A program made the position numbers and the translations under genes. The notes beneath the pieces were generated by a model. The model had not been told where the DNA came from, did no database searches, and saw only the letters and a list, made by a program, of their open reading frames with translations. A stretch of 64,000 nucleotides of DNA from Steroidobacteraceae bacterium (GTDB lineage Bacteria; Pseudomonadota; Gammaproteobacteria; Steroidobacterales; Steroidobacteraceae): NCBI GenBank assembly GCA_036498785.1, contig DASYEW010000047.1, positions 86,008 through 150,007 of the forward strand. Reading direction: 5' to 3'. Below are positions 36,644 to 46,609 of the stretch, piece by piece. How positions within the stretch are numbered: position 1 is the first letter of the stretch; every line of letters begins with the position of its first letter.

Positions 36644-39610
36644 TCAGATCTTGAAACGGACCCCTAGCATGTAGATCCGCCCCATCGTGTCGTAGAGGCC
36701 CGGATTGGCGAGGAACTGATCGAACGGATAGCCGCTCGGTCCGCGCGGCACGATGGCGGGATCCTTGTTGGCGATATTGCGGACGTTGAAGAACACCTCC
36801 ATCCCGGCATCGAGGAGTTTGTAGGCGAGTGCCGCATCGAAGTACACCGCGCCGGGCAGGTAGTTGCGGTCGATCGTCGGGTGGTCGATGGTCGAGGCCG
36901 GGCAGTTCGACGCGCATTCGATGTACGTGTTGTCGAGCGTGCCGCTGCTGACGCCGCGAGCTGCCAGCGTTACGTTGAATGCATCCAGTCCGTAGGACGC
37001 AGAGGCCGACCAGCGCCATTTCGGCGGACCCAGATCGGAGTTCTCGCCGACCGAATCGGTGGGCAGGTTGATGCCGTTGTTGGAATAGTCCTTCAGATAG
37101 TGCGTGGCCAGCATGCGCACGGTGAGATCGCCGCGCCAGTTGCCGACCAGGTCGCTCATGGCCGCGCGATAGCTCGCTTCGAAATCCACGCCGCGGGCGA
37201 TCTGGTTGACCAGGTTGAATGGCACGATCCTGATCTGGAGATCGGAATAGCCGCCAGTGTTGCCGCTGCGCGTGATCGCGTCGCAGAAACTCTGGTTACC
37301 CTGGAAGCAGTAATTGATGATGTCCTGCGCCGCGACCGTTCCCAGCGCATCCTTGATGTCGATATTCCAGTAATCCACCGAGGCGCTGAACCCCGGCAGG
37401 AATCTCGGCTGCACCACGACACCAAAGCCGGTGGTGTCCGCCTTCTCCGGCAACAGATCCGGGTTGCCTCCGGTGGTTCCCACGTACAACGTGCTCTGAT
37501 TGTTGTTGAACGGATCGAGCACGGCGTTGTTGGTGGTAGTGCCCGAAGAGAACAGGTCCTGGAGATTCGGCGCACGGATGTCGCGCGAGCGCGTCAAGCG
37601 GAAATGTATGTCGTCGACCGGCGCGTAGGTCAGACCCGCTTTCCAGGTCGTGACGTACCCCGAGGTGCTGTAGTCCGTAAAGCGCACGGCGGCGTTCAGA
37701 TCGAGGTTCCTGGCCCAGGCCTGGTCCTTGGCCAGCGGCACGACGGTCTCGATGAAGCCTTCCGTCACTGTGTAACGACCGAACGTGGGCAGAAAATTAC
37801 CCACGTACCACGCGCCGGTTGGCGCGATGTCATCGGAACTGCCGCTCACCGACTCGCTGCGATGTTCGACACCCGCCGCCACGGACACCGGTCCCGCCCA
37901 GTCGGAAAACGGTTCGCCACTCAGCGACGCGGCCACGACATTCTCCTCGAAACGTTCCTGGCGCCGATCCGTGCCCAGTATGTAATCCAGCGCAGCCTGC
38001 GAATTGACGCCAGTGCCGAAAACATTGAACGGCACGCAGCCATCGCTCGGATCGCTCAGGGTGGAACGACAAACAGGATTGCCGCTGGTCGGGTCTGTCA
38101 CTGCGTCGATGGCCGAGAAGAAGTTGTTCACGTTGACGTTCAGCGGCAGCCTGGAGATCTGCTTCGACACACCGTTCTGGAAGTACGCATCCCAGGTCCA
38201 GCGGGTCTTGAGCAGGTCGAACGACCCGGTGCCACCCACCACGTTGCGCACGATGGTGCGGTCGTTGTCGCCCGAACCCCTTGGCAGGTCGCCGTTGGCG
38301 GTGCCGAGCTCCAGTGAAGTCAGTCCGGCCGCGGTCATTTGTTGCAGCACCGATGGCGGAATGAACGCGTTGTCGGCCTCGATACCGACGCCGCCGTAGA
38401 ACTCGTACGACAACGCATACGCCGCCGAACTGCTGTGCGCCCATGAAGACTCGACGTAGACATTCAGGTTATCGGTCAGGTCGTAGCTCAGCCGTAGGAA
38501 GGCATTCTGGCGCGACTCCTTCGAGTCGAGACTTTCGCCGCGGTTATGCAGGTCCGCCGACCGCCAGTCACCGCCCACGATGTTGTAGCCGTCGTTGATG
38601 GAGCCGTAGTCGAACTGGTAAGGCGTGCCGCCCGGACCGAATGCGGTGCCGGTCAGCGGACCATCGACAATGAGGCCGCCCAATGTGGCAAGCGACGAGG
38701 ATACCTGGCGCAGAACGATGCGTTCCGGCTGGCCGTTGGTGGGCGTATAGGCGGGATTCTTGACGATTCCCGCGCCGGTGTCGTTCCACGAACGGTTCGG
38801 CGTCAGGATGCCGTCCTTCTTGGTGACTTCGCCACTCAGCAGCAGGTGTCCGCGCTCGCTGGCGAACGGCGTTCCATACGACATCGCCACCTTGTAGTTG
38901 CGGTTGTCGCTGTAGTTCGTCTCGCCGCCGGAGACCTCGCCCTTGAAACCGGTGAATTTCTTGTCGAGGATGAAATTGACGACGCCCGACAGCGCATCCG
39001 ACCCATAGGCCGCCGAAGCGCCGCCGGTGACTACATCGACGCGGGAAATCAACTGTTGCGGAAAGGAGTTGATGTCGACGACGCCGGTCAGGATGCCACC
39101 CACCGAACGCTGACCGTCGAGCAGCACCAGCGTGCGTACCGCACCCAGGTTTCTCAGGTTCAGCGAATTGATGCCACCCGAGCCGTTCGAAGTGGTGGTC
39201 AGGGTGTTCTGCGAGGTCTGGCTGCCCGAGAACGCCGGCAGCGTGTTGATGAAGTCGGCGATGTTCGGCGTCGCCTGCTGCTGTACTTGCTCGACGCCGA
39301 CCACGGTCAACGGTGTCGGCGCCTCATAGCCATCGCGGATGATGCGAGTGCCCGTAACGACGACTTCGGTAAGGTCGGATGGCGGCGTGGCCGCCTGCGC
39401 TTCCGCCGCGTTCGCGAGTTGCGCACCACCCGGACCCATCATGACGGTCAGCAGGGTGATCGTCCCCACTCCAATCCGACGACTCGCTCTTTTTTCCGCC
39501 GTCTTCTGCGACCCCTGTCGTGCCGGACGGCGACCGAGCCCGCCAACCGCTTCTAGAGATACGTTGAAATACTTATTGAGACCACAGCCAATATCGGACC
39601 TGGCAGCCAT
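36644..39610 (-). CDS. TonB-dependent receptor
   Basis: 988 aa. Plug region LTEVVVTGTRI...LRNLGAVRTLVLLDGQR, a long beta-barrel, and a C-terminal GRIYMLGVRFKI. Ends 40 nt upstream of the amidase gene. Confidence 0.9.
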   Translation of the reverse strand: MAARSDIGCGLNKYFNVSLEAVGGLGRRPARQGSQKTAEKRASRRIGVGTITLLTVMMGPGGAQLANAAEAQAATPPSDLTEVVVTGTRIIRDGYEAPTPLTVVGVEQVQQQATPNIADFINTLPAFSGSQTSQNTLTTTSNGSGGINSLNLRNLGAVRTLVLLDGQRSVGGILTGVVDINSFPQQLISRVDVVTGGASAAYGSDALSGVVNFILDKKFTGFKGEVSGGETNYSDNRNYKVAMSYGTPFASERGHLLLSGEVTKKDGILTPNRSWNDTGAGIVKNPAYTPTNGQPERIVLRQVSSSLATLGGLIVDGPLTGTAFGPGGTPYQFDYGSINDGYNIVGGDWRSADLHNRGESLDSKESRQNAFLRLSYDLTDNLNVYVESSWAHSSSAAYALSYEFYGGVGIEADNAFIPPSVLQQMTAAGLTSLELGTANGDLPRGSGDNDRTIVRNVVGGTGSFDLLKTRWTWDAYFQNGVSKQISRLPLNVNVNNFFSAIDAVTDPTSGNPVCRSTLSDPSDGCVPFNVFGTGVNSQAALDYILGTDRRQERFEENVVAASLSGEPFSDWAGPVSVAAGVEHRSESVSGSSDDIAPTGAWYVGNFLPTFGRYTVTEGFIETVVPLAKDQAWARNLDLNAAVRFTDYSTSGYVTTWKAGLTYAPVDDIHFRLTRSRDIRAPNLQDLFSSGTTTNNAVLDPFNNNQSTLYVGTTGGNPDLLPEKADTTGFGVVVQPRFLPGFSASVDYWNIDIKDALGTVAAQDIINYCFQGNQSFCDAITRSGNTGGYSDLQIRIVPFNLVNQIARGVDFEASYRAAMSDLVGNWRGDLTVRMLATHYLKDYSNNGINLPTDSVGENSDLGPPKWRWSASASYGLDAFNVTLAARGVSSGTLDNTYIECASNCPASTIDHPTIDRNYLPGAVYFDAALAYKLLDAGMEVFFNVRNIANKDPAIVPRGPSGYPFDQFLANPGLYDTMGRIYMLGVRFKI

Positions 39611-39936
39611 CGTCGCCCCCTTGTGTTTTTTGAATTTTCTCGAACATGCGAATAAGACGATGCAACATCGCTATTCCCAGTCCGTTAGGGCGCACACGCT
39701 GCAGATATGCAAATATCCTAAGCCTCATTAAACAGATTGCAAGCAGTCTCGGAACCTTTAATGCATCTCCCCTGCTTTGGACTTATCAACGGCACTGGGG
39801 AAGCAACGAATGGCAGGCGCGTCCGATCGGACGAACAGCACGCGGGCGCGGGGACTACGCAGCGCGAGACGTCGCGCAGTCGATCTATCTGAATTTTGAT
39901 CCGGCGCAGAAGACCGGATCAGCAAAGAGTCTGGCT

Positions 39937-41745
39937 TCACGCCGCCGCATCGAGAGATGCAGCTGGCATCGCTGCATTGACGCCGCTGGCAAATCCCGCT
40001 GAACTGGCGCTAGCACGCGCACTCGAGCGTTGCGACGAAACGTGGGTCATCTTGAATACGGCCACCGCTTCGACAAGCTGGCGTGCCTGGTCTCTCAGCA
40101 TCTCGGCTGCGGCAGCCGATTCCTCGACGAGCGCGGCATTCTGCTGTGTCGCTTCATCCATCTGCGCGACCGACTGACTGACCTGCTTGACGCCTGCGCT
40201 CTGCGCCGCGCTTGCCACGCTGATCTCGCCCATGATGTCGGTGACGCGCTGGATGGCAGCGACCATCTCGGTCATGGTCGATCCAGCCTGGTCGACGAGC
40301 GCCGTACCCTTCTCGACACGATCGACGCTATCGAGAATGAGCGTGCGAATCTGCTTGGCCGCTTCGGCACTGCGCTGCGCAAGCTGGCGCACTTCAGCTG
40401 CGACGACAGCGAACCCTCGGCCTTGCTCACCGGCCCGCGCAGCTTCCACTGCCGCATTGAGCGCCAGCAGATTGGTCTGGAAGGCAATGCTGTCGATCAC
40501 GCCGATGATGTCGGCAATCCGCTTCGAGCTTTCGGTGATGCCCTTCATCGTATCGACGACGCGCCCGACAACCTCACCGCCGCGAGTCGCCACCAGCTTG
40601 GCTCCGGATGACAGCCTATCGGCTTGCGCGGCGTTGTCGGCATTGCGTTGCACTGTCGTGTTCAATTCCTCCATGGACGTTGCGCTCTGCTGCAGGGCGC
40701 TCGCCTGCTCTTCCGTACGAGCGCTTAGATCGCTGTTTCCCTGTGCGATGTGCCCGCAGGCACTCGCTACCGATTCGGCATTCTGGCGAACATTCGCGAC
40801 CACGCTCACCAATTGCGAGCGCATCGCAGACATCGCTCTCAGCAACGAGGCGACTTCACGCGGCCCCTTGATCTGTACGTCTACATCCAGATTGCCTGAG
40901 GCAATGGCATCGGAGATGCGCACCGCGTTGCGCAACGACTGCGCGAGCTGGCGATAGGCAATCCACAGCGACCCGAACAGCAGCACCATCAGCACGGTCG
41001 CAATCGCAACCAGCATCACGTGCCAGAATTTCTTGTTCTGTTCGGCGCTCTTGATCGACTGCTGGGTGCGCAAGTCGACGGCGTTGAAGAACTCATCCAG
41101 CGGTTTCATGATCTTCGACTTGAACAGGTGGTAGTTCAGGTCGTGCATCATCGCCTGCGCACCGGCATAGTCCGGCTTGTCCTGGCGGGTGAAATTGCCA
41201 TTGGCATCCGCGAAGCGACCTTCCACCATGTTCATCGCGACCGTTTCGGTGTGCACCAGGTCGTTCGAGTTGCGCTCGGACTCGCCAAGCTTCTCGAACT
41301 CCGCCGCAGTGAACCCCGCGCGCTTCATGAGATCGGTCAGTGCAATGGCTGATTCCTCGCCACGCTGCGGATCGATTCCCGCCGCACGGAAGTCCCAGTA
41401 GATCTTGTAATACTGCGCCGGGCGGGGGCGCTTGCCCGCGCGTATGTCGAGCACCTCCTGATACTGCTCCTTCCACTTCGGGTCGCGCGATACGACGTAG
41501 GTCCGGGCCAGGCGCGTCAGGTCGTCGGAGCTCTGGCGCAATTCGTCCGCCAGCAGATAGGAGGTGTAGCGGATCTCGTGCGCTTTCGCGACCTCATCGG
41601 TTGCCGCACCCAGCCGCTGAATGCCCAGCGCCAGTGCGCCCATGGCGACAGCGATGCCGATCAGCATGATCAGCAGCATTCCTTTAAGGCTCATCCCCGC
41701 AGCAGCCTCGGCAGCCGCGTCCGATCCATAACCTGTCTCGCTCAT
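39937..41745 (-). CDS. Methyl-accepting chemotaxis protein with helical periplasmic sensor domain
   Basis: Two TM helices flanking a ~260-aa periplasmic domain, then HAMP and the signalling hairpin [40 protein letters not shown]. Confidence 0.9.
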   Translation of the reverse strand: MSETGYGSDAAAEAAAGMSLKGMLLIMLIGIAVAMGALALGIQRLGAATDEVAKAHEIRYTSYLLADELRQSSDDLTRLARTYVVSRDPKWKEQYQEVLDIRAGKRPRPAQYYKIYWDFRAAGIDPQRGEESAIALTDLMKRAGFTAAEFEKLGESERNSNDLVHTETVAMNMVEGRFADANGNFTRQDKPDYAGAQAMMHDLNYHLFKSKIMKPLDEFFNAVDLRTQQSIKSAEQNKKFWHVMLVAIATVLMVLLFGSLWIAYRQLAQSLRNAVRISDAIASGNLDVDVQIKGPREVASLLRAMSAMRSQLVSVVANVRQNAESVASACGHIAQGNSDLSARTEEQASALQQSATSMEELNTTVQRNADNAAQADRLSSGAKLVATRGGEVVGRVVDTMKGITESSKRIADIIGVIDSIAFQTNLLALNAAVEAARAGEQGRGFAVVAAEVRQLAQRSAEAAKQIRTLILDSVDRVEKGTALVDQAGSTMTEMVAAIQRVTDIMGEISVASAAQSAGVKQVSQSVAQMDEATQQNAALVEESAAAAEMLRDQARQLVEAVAVFKMTHVSSQRSSARASASSAGFASGVNAAMPAASLDAAA

Positions 41746-41984
41746 TGCATCGATCCAAGGGAATCCCTTATCGCAGGGAATGTGCCCACCCTGAAACGGC
41801 AGGTCGCGACAAGACTTGAGGCATTGGGCTGATGCCGGCTTACATCTTTTCCCTGAATCTCGCGAAAGGGCGGCGCCACGAGCCTGAGGCCGCCCCGTCA
41901 TACATCTGCCCTACACTAGCCTCGACTCCGCGCGGTTCCGTCGTACCCGTAAAGTCCGCTCGGCCTTAGCTCTGTTCCTTGACC

Positions 41985-42113
41985 CCGTTCGCCCTGAGTT
42001 CATCGAAGGGTGCCTGCCGAAGTCCTCCACGACAGCAAACCGGTCGGATGGACGCATGTCGTGATCGATGCCGCCAGCAACCATTCATGGTTCGACAGGC
42101 TCACCACGAACGG
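41985..42113. repeat. MITE-like intergenic repeat of the widespread 'PFALSLSKG / FDKLRANG / SLSNHE' type
   Basis: Imperfect inverted ends CCGTTCGCCCTGAGTTCATCGAAGGG and GGTTCGACAGGCTCACCACGAACGG. Translations give PFALSSSKG, FDRLTTNG and VVSLSNHE, the signature pseudo-peptides of this repeat. Confidence 0.6.
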
Positions 42114-42378
42114 ACTCCACCACGATGAAGTCGCAGACGATTTGTCTGCTGTTGGCCAGCGCCGCGTAAAGCGTGCGGAAGGCGGATTGCTGCAAATCAG
42201 GAACAGTGCATTGCTCCCGAGCATGTTTATCCCGGCAGCTCCCGTCGAGTATATTCCGCGATCGCCGGCCGTCACCGCCCATCGGCACAGCCAGCGCCTC
42301 CCCGCCAGTACTTCGCAGACAGCCGCAATCGTGGCTGTCCTCGCATTAAACCTGGCTCCGCTTCGAAGAGGACGTATC

Positions 42379-43428
42379 GTGACCCAAGTCAAAGCCTATG
42401 CAGCGCAGAGTGCCCAAACCGCACTTGCTCCGTTCAACATCGATCGTCGCGCGCCCGCTGCGAACGATGTGGTCATCGACATCAAGTACTGCGGTGTCTG
42501 CCACACCGATATCCACCTGTCGCGCAACGGCTGGGGCAACTCGATCTATCCGATGGTGCCCGGGCATGAGATCGCCGGCATTGTCGCCGCGGTCGGCAGC
42601 AAGGTAACTAAATTCAAGGTTGGCGATCCGGTCGGTGTCGGTTGTCTGGTGGACGGCGGCGCGTCGCTCGGCACCTGCGAGCGGGAGCATGAGCAATATC
42701 ATCCCGAAAGCCTGGTGCTGACTTACGGCGCCTACGAGCACGACAAGAAGACACTCACGCACGGCGGTTATTCGCAGGCGATCACAGTGAAGGAGGACTA
42801 TGTCCTGCGTATCCCCGATAACTTGCCGCTGGATGCTGCCGCACCGTTGCTGTGCGCCGGCATTACCCTCTATTCGGCACTCAAGCACTGGCAGGCAGGA
42901 CCGGGTAAGTCGGTGGCGATCATCGGCTTCGGCGGACTGGGTCATGTCGGGGTGAAGCTCGCGCATGCCATGGGCGCCAAAGTCACGGTGCTGAGCCAAT
43001 CCCTGAGCAAACAGGCCGACGGCAAGCGAATGGGAGCGGACCATTACTTCGCCACCGCCAACCCCGAGACCTTCCAGACGCTGGCGCGCAGCTTCGATCT
43101 CATCATCAACACGGTGGGCGCGCCGATCGACTGGAACGCCTACCTGGAACTGCTGAAGATCGACGGCAGCATGGTGCAGGTCGGGGTTCCCGAAGCGGAT
43201 GTGCCGGTGAAAGCCTTCCCGCTGATCATGGGTCGTCGCAGCCTCGCCGGTTCGGCAATCGGAAGCATTCCGGAAACCCAGGAAATGCTGGACTTCTGCG
43301 GCCGGCATGGCATCACCGCCGATATCGAAGTCATCCCCGTGCAGCGGATCAACGAAGCTTACGAGCGTGTATTGAAGAGCGACGTACGTTTCCGTTTCGT
43401 CATCGACATGGCAAGCCTCAACGACTGA
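42379..43428 (+). CDS. Zinc-dependent NAD(P)-alcohol dehydrogenase (YahK/AdhA-like)
   Basis: GTG start 7 nt after an AGAGGA SD. CGVCHTDIH, GHEIAG and GLGHVGVKLA motifs. The upstream part of ORF 42010..43428 is intergenic read-through. Confidence 0.85.
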   Translation: MTQVKAYAAQSAQTALAPFNIDRRAPAANDVVIDIKYCGVCHTDIHLSRNGWGNSIYPMVPGHEIAGIVAAVGSKVTKFKVGDPVGVGCLVDGGASLGTCEREHEQYHPESLVLTYGAYEHDKKTLTHGGYSQAITVKEDYVLRIPDNLPLDAAAPLLCAGITLYSALKHWQAGPGKSVAIIGFGGLGHVGVKLAHAMGAKVTVLSQSLSKQADGKRMGADHYFATANPETFQTLARSFDLIINTVGAPIDWNAYLELLKIDGSMVQVGVPEADVPVKAFPLIMGRRSLAGSAIGSIPETQEMLDFCGRHGITADIEVIPVQRINEAYERVLKSDVRFRFVIDMASLND

Positions 43429-43448
43429 CGCTCTCCAAGGGCAGACAA

Positions 43449-43480
43449 CCGGCCAGCTGGTCAATGGGCTAGCTGGCCGG
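43449..43480 (+). terminator. Hairpin 20 nt after the ADH stop
   Basis: Perfect 10-bp arms CCGGCCAGCT and AGCTGGCCGG with a 12-nt loop. Flanking AGACA/TGTCT extends the stem. Confidence 0.5.
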
Positions 43481-43662
43481 ACTGTCTTGAAGATTGCAGT
43501 GAGCCCTTGTGAACAACTCGGGCTCTTGCATTTCCGGCTCACCCGCCCGTGGCCGGTTGGCCACCAGTGTGCCGCCTGCTGACCGTCCTAAGCCTTTCGG
43601 CCTACGCAACTCACGTGGTTCAGGGGCTTGCTCGCCGCCTGGACGCAGGAGATAGTGAGCCC

Positions 43663-44298
43663 ATGAAACTGCTGATCGTCGACGATCACCCTGTCTTCCG
43701 CGATGGACTCGCCGCTTTGCTACGGCAGGCCGCTGAGCACACGATCATCCTGCAAGCTCCGGAATGTGCGACCGCCCTGGCCATCGCGGATGAGCACGAG
43801 GATCTGGATGCTGTTTTCGTCGACCTGATGATGCCCGGCATGAGCGGGGACCTGGCGGTGCGCGAATTCGGCAAACGCCGGCCGGAACTGCCGGTCGTCG
43901 TACTGTCGAGCTCGGAAAGTCCCAGCGACGTGCGGCGTGCTCTGAATGCCGGGGCGCTGGGGTACATTCCGAAATCCGCGGATCCGCAAACGCTGCTCTC
44001 GGCGCTGCAGCTGGTACTCACCGGCAACATCTATGTGCCGCCGTTATTGGCACGTGCAACCAAGCCTGCGAATACCGAGAGCGGCGAAGGCGCTGAAGTT
44101 CATCTCGGACAACTCACGGAACGGCAGGTGGATGTACTCAAGCACCTTTGCACCGGCCTGTCGAACCGGGAAATCAGCGCGCGCCTCGGCATCGCCGAGA
44201 AGACCGTGAAGGTCCATGTCGCTGCAATCTTCAAGACGCTCAACGTCGTGAATCGTACGCAAGCCGCCAACGCGGCTCGCGAGTCCAACCTGTTCTGA
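43663..44298 (+). CDS. NarL/FixJ (LuxR-type) response regulator
   Basis: Receiver MKLLIVDDHPVF...VFVDLMMPGMSG and LuxR HTH LSNREISARLGIAEKTVKVHV. AGGAGA SD upstream. Confidence 0.9.
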   Translation: MKLLIVDDHPVFRDGLAALLRQAAEHTIILQAPECATALAIADEHEDLDAVFVDLMMPGMSGDLAVREFGKRRPELPVVVLSSSESPSDVRRALNAGALGYIPKSADPQTLLSALQLVLTGNIYVPPLLARATKPANTESGEGAEVHLGQLTERQVDVLKHLCTGLSNREISARLGIAEKTVKVHVAAIFKTLNVVNRTQAANAARESNLF

Positions 44299-44309
44299 GA
44301 GGAAGAATG

Positions 44310-44434
44310 TTCTCGCTGAGCACGCGAAGCTCGCAGAGAGAATCACTACTCAGCACGTGGCTGTCTGCAACAGATTGGCCACGACATGGTCTTCCCGGCA
44401 GAACTCTCAGCGTGCTCGGCGATCTCAGCGAGAA
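44310..44434. repeat. Nested long-range inverted repeat between convergent response regulator and kinase genes
   Basis: TTCTCGCTGAG+CACGC (44310-44325) pairs with GCGTGCTC (44410-17) and CTCAGCGAGAA (44424-34). Inner hairpin CGTGGC..TCTG-CAA-CAGA..GCCACG (44356-44383). Confidence 0.7.
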
Positions 44435-44452
44435 ACCTCCGGAGGAACCCCC

Positions 44453-46222
44453 TCAGACTGCGACGCCTTCCCGAGTACCGACCAGATGGGCGATGGACGC
44501 GCGCAGCCGGCTGTTCGGAACGGGCTTGTGCAGCAGCAGGAAACCGCTCTCCTGTGCTTCTTTCAGACGATCAGGCGCCGTATCCCCGGTGATGAGCATC
44601 CCGGGAATCTCTTCGTTGTACTCGGAGCGCAACCGGTCGATCGCCTGCGTACCGTTCTCGTTATCGCGCAGCCGGTAATCGCAGATGATGAGCCTGGGGA
44701 CGGTGCGATGCAGGGCTATGCGCTCCAACACCTCGGCGCAGGAGCCACCGGTAATCACCTCGTAGCCCCAGCTCTCCAGCAAACTGCGCATTGCCAGCTG
44801 AATTGCGACTTCATCGTCGATAACCAGGATCAAGCCGACGCCACGCGTGAGCAACGGGGTAGTGAATTGCGCCGCCGCGGCAACCGAGACCTCGGCTGCT
44901 GCTGCATACGGTACCGAAATCTTGAATGCGCTGCCTTTGCCGTGGCGTGAGCGCACCGTCAGCGGGTGCTCGAGCAGTGAGGTGAGCCGCCGCACGATGG
45001 CGAGCCCGAGCCCGACTCCCCTGGTGCGATCGCGCTCGGGATTGCCGAGCTGATAGAACTCCTGAAACACCTGTTCCTGTTCGTGCTCGGGGATGCCACG
45101 CCCGGTATCGCAAACCTGGATACTCAATTGCCGCCCACGGCGGCAACCCACGAGCACGCGCCCCTGATCCGTGTAAGCCACGGCGTTGGCAATGACGTTA
45201 CGCACGATGCGTTCAAGCAGCATCGGATCACTATTCACCGATACCGAACACCTGCGCAGCCGCAGCTGCAGGCCTTTGGCCTTCGCTTGTACCTCGTAGT
45301 CGCGACATACGCGCTCCAGCAACGGCTGCACGGCGACCGCGGATTTATTGACCTCGACCACTCCTGCGTCCAGTCGGGAGATATCCAGCAGGCCGCCGAA
45401 CAAACCGCTCATGGCCTGCACCGAACCATCGATATGATCGAGCAGGCCGCGCGCCTCATCGTCCATGGCACGCGGACGCAGGGCCGCGACGAACAAGCTC
45501 AGCGCGTGCACCGGCTGGCGCAGGTCATGACTCGCCGCCGCGAGAAAGCGCGATTTCGCAGCATTCGCGTGTTCCGCTACTGCCTTCTCGCGCCGCAGGT
45601 CTTCCACCAGGTCGATGTTTTCGAAGCGCAGCTGCACCGACTCCGCGAACACCAGGCTCGAACGACGTGCCTGTTCGGCAACCGCGACGAACCATAGGAC
45701 GTAGAGGCCGGCGAGAGCCGTGTGAACGACATCGCCCTGCGCCAGCAACCACAGCACCGGGGCAATGGAGATGGAGATGAAGAAGGCATAGAAGGACGGC
45801 AGATAGGCGGCGAACGCGCTGACGGCGCCGCTGGCACAGGCGAATATCAGCAGCAATGCAATCAACTGCAGATCGAGGCGTCCGGCGGACATGATCCATA
45901 TCGATCCGATGCCCAGCGTCAACCCGCCGACGATGGTACCGACGGTGAACCAGCGGGCCCAGAACGCCCATTCCGCTGCATTCAGCGTGTTACCCGCCTT
46001 AGACAGGCGACGCGAGTACGCGTGATACAGACAGAAACGCGCACCGGTCTGCAAGGCCATCGCAGCTACCAGCAGGGCCGCCCTGCCCGGCGCAGCCGCA
46101 TCGATATAAACGAGCACGCCGGTCAACGTCGCCACAGCGACGAGGGTCGAAAGCAATCCCGGCGGCGTGTTGCGATAGATCGATCGGATCTGCTCGGCTC
46201 GAATGCGTTCGCTGGTCTGCAC
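44453..46222 (-). CDS. Hybrid sensor histidine kinase/response regulator with multi-TM N-terminal sensor
   Basis: About 6 TM helices. H-box FLAAASHDLRQP. HATPase region GRGIPEHEQEQVFQEFYQ...GVGLGLAIV. C-terminal receiver LILVIDDE...LIICDYRL. Confidence 0.9.
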   Translation of the reverse strand: MQTSERIRAEQIRSIYRNTPPGLLSTLVAVATLTGVLVYIDAAAPGRAALLVAAMALQTGARFCLYHAYSRRLSKAGNTLNAAEWAFWARWFTVGTIVGGLTLGIGSIWIMSAGRLDLQLIALLLIFACASGAVSAFAAYLPSFYAFFISISIAPVLWLLAQGDVVHTALAGLYVLWFVAVAEQARRSSLVFAESVQLRFENIDLVEDLRREKAVAEHANAAKSRFLAAASHDLRQPVHALSLFVAALRPRAMDDEARGLLDHIDGSVQAMSGLFGGLLDISRLDAGVVEVNKSAVAVQPLLERVCRDYEVQAKAKGLQLRLRRCSVSVNSDPMLLERIVRNVIANAVAYTDQGRVLVGCRRGRQLSIQVCDTGRGIPEHEQEQVFQEFYQLGNPERDRTRGVGLGLAIVRRLTSLLEHPLTVRSRHGKGSAFKISVPYAAAAEVSVAAAAQFTTPLLTRGVGLILVIDDEVAIQLAMRSLLESWGYEVITGGSCAEVLERIALHRTVPRLIICDYRLRDNENGTQAIDRLRSEYNEEIPGMLITGDTAPDRLKEAQESGFLLLHKPVPNSRLRASIAHLVGTREGVAV

Positions 46223-46609
46223 GGCTTGTTCTCGTTGCCTGTCGGGCGCGGTTCACCGCGCCCATCGCAACGGCGACAATAGCATCCGCCTGCCGGCTAT
46301 GGCGGCACTTCGTGGCTCCCCGATCTTCCCCCACCAGCTAGCGCCATATCGGTCAACCCGATAGCAACGCCGAGCGGTGGCACGTGAGCAAGTCGACGAA
46401 GACGACACCGGATCAGGTAATCTCCGCGTGGCTTCTTGCCCTGGCCCGGCCGCGTGCCTATGCTTCCGCGTCGAAATTCCGGCCTGCCACTTTCCCCGCT
46501 GGCTACCTGGGTGTTCCTTGATCCGAGCGCTCCGTACCGCCCGCCTCCCGTACATGCAGATTTCCTTCAGCCAGCCGAGCACAGTCGTAACCAGGCGCGT
46601 GACCACTTC

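Noticed and set aside
36881-38317. 478-aa ORF on the + strand, with similar long ORFs at 54520..56274 (584 aa), 42346..43542, 5792..6943, 51244..52437, 25479..26537 and 88..807.
   Set aside because: All lie antisense to or out of frame with genes that have clear family motifs. Their translations are Arg/Gly/His-rich with no recognisable domains. These are typical high-GC shadow ORFs.
39791-39805. Sigma-54-like GGCAC-N7-GCA element.
   Set aside because: The GG-N10-GC spacing fits, but the -12 region is AAGC rather than TTGC. It also points into the antisense of the chemoreceptor gene rather than toward the TonB-receptor operon.
42010-42378. 123-aa N-terminal extension of the alcohol dehydrogenase ORF.
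   Set aside because: It runs through the MITE-like repeat and has no ADH homology. A GTG with an AGAGGA SD at 42379 gives the canonical N-terminus (M)TQVKAYAA.
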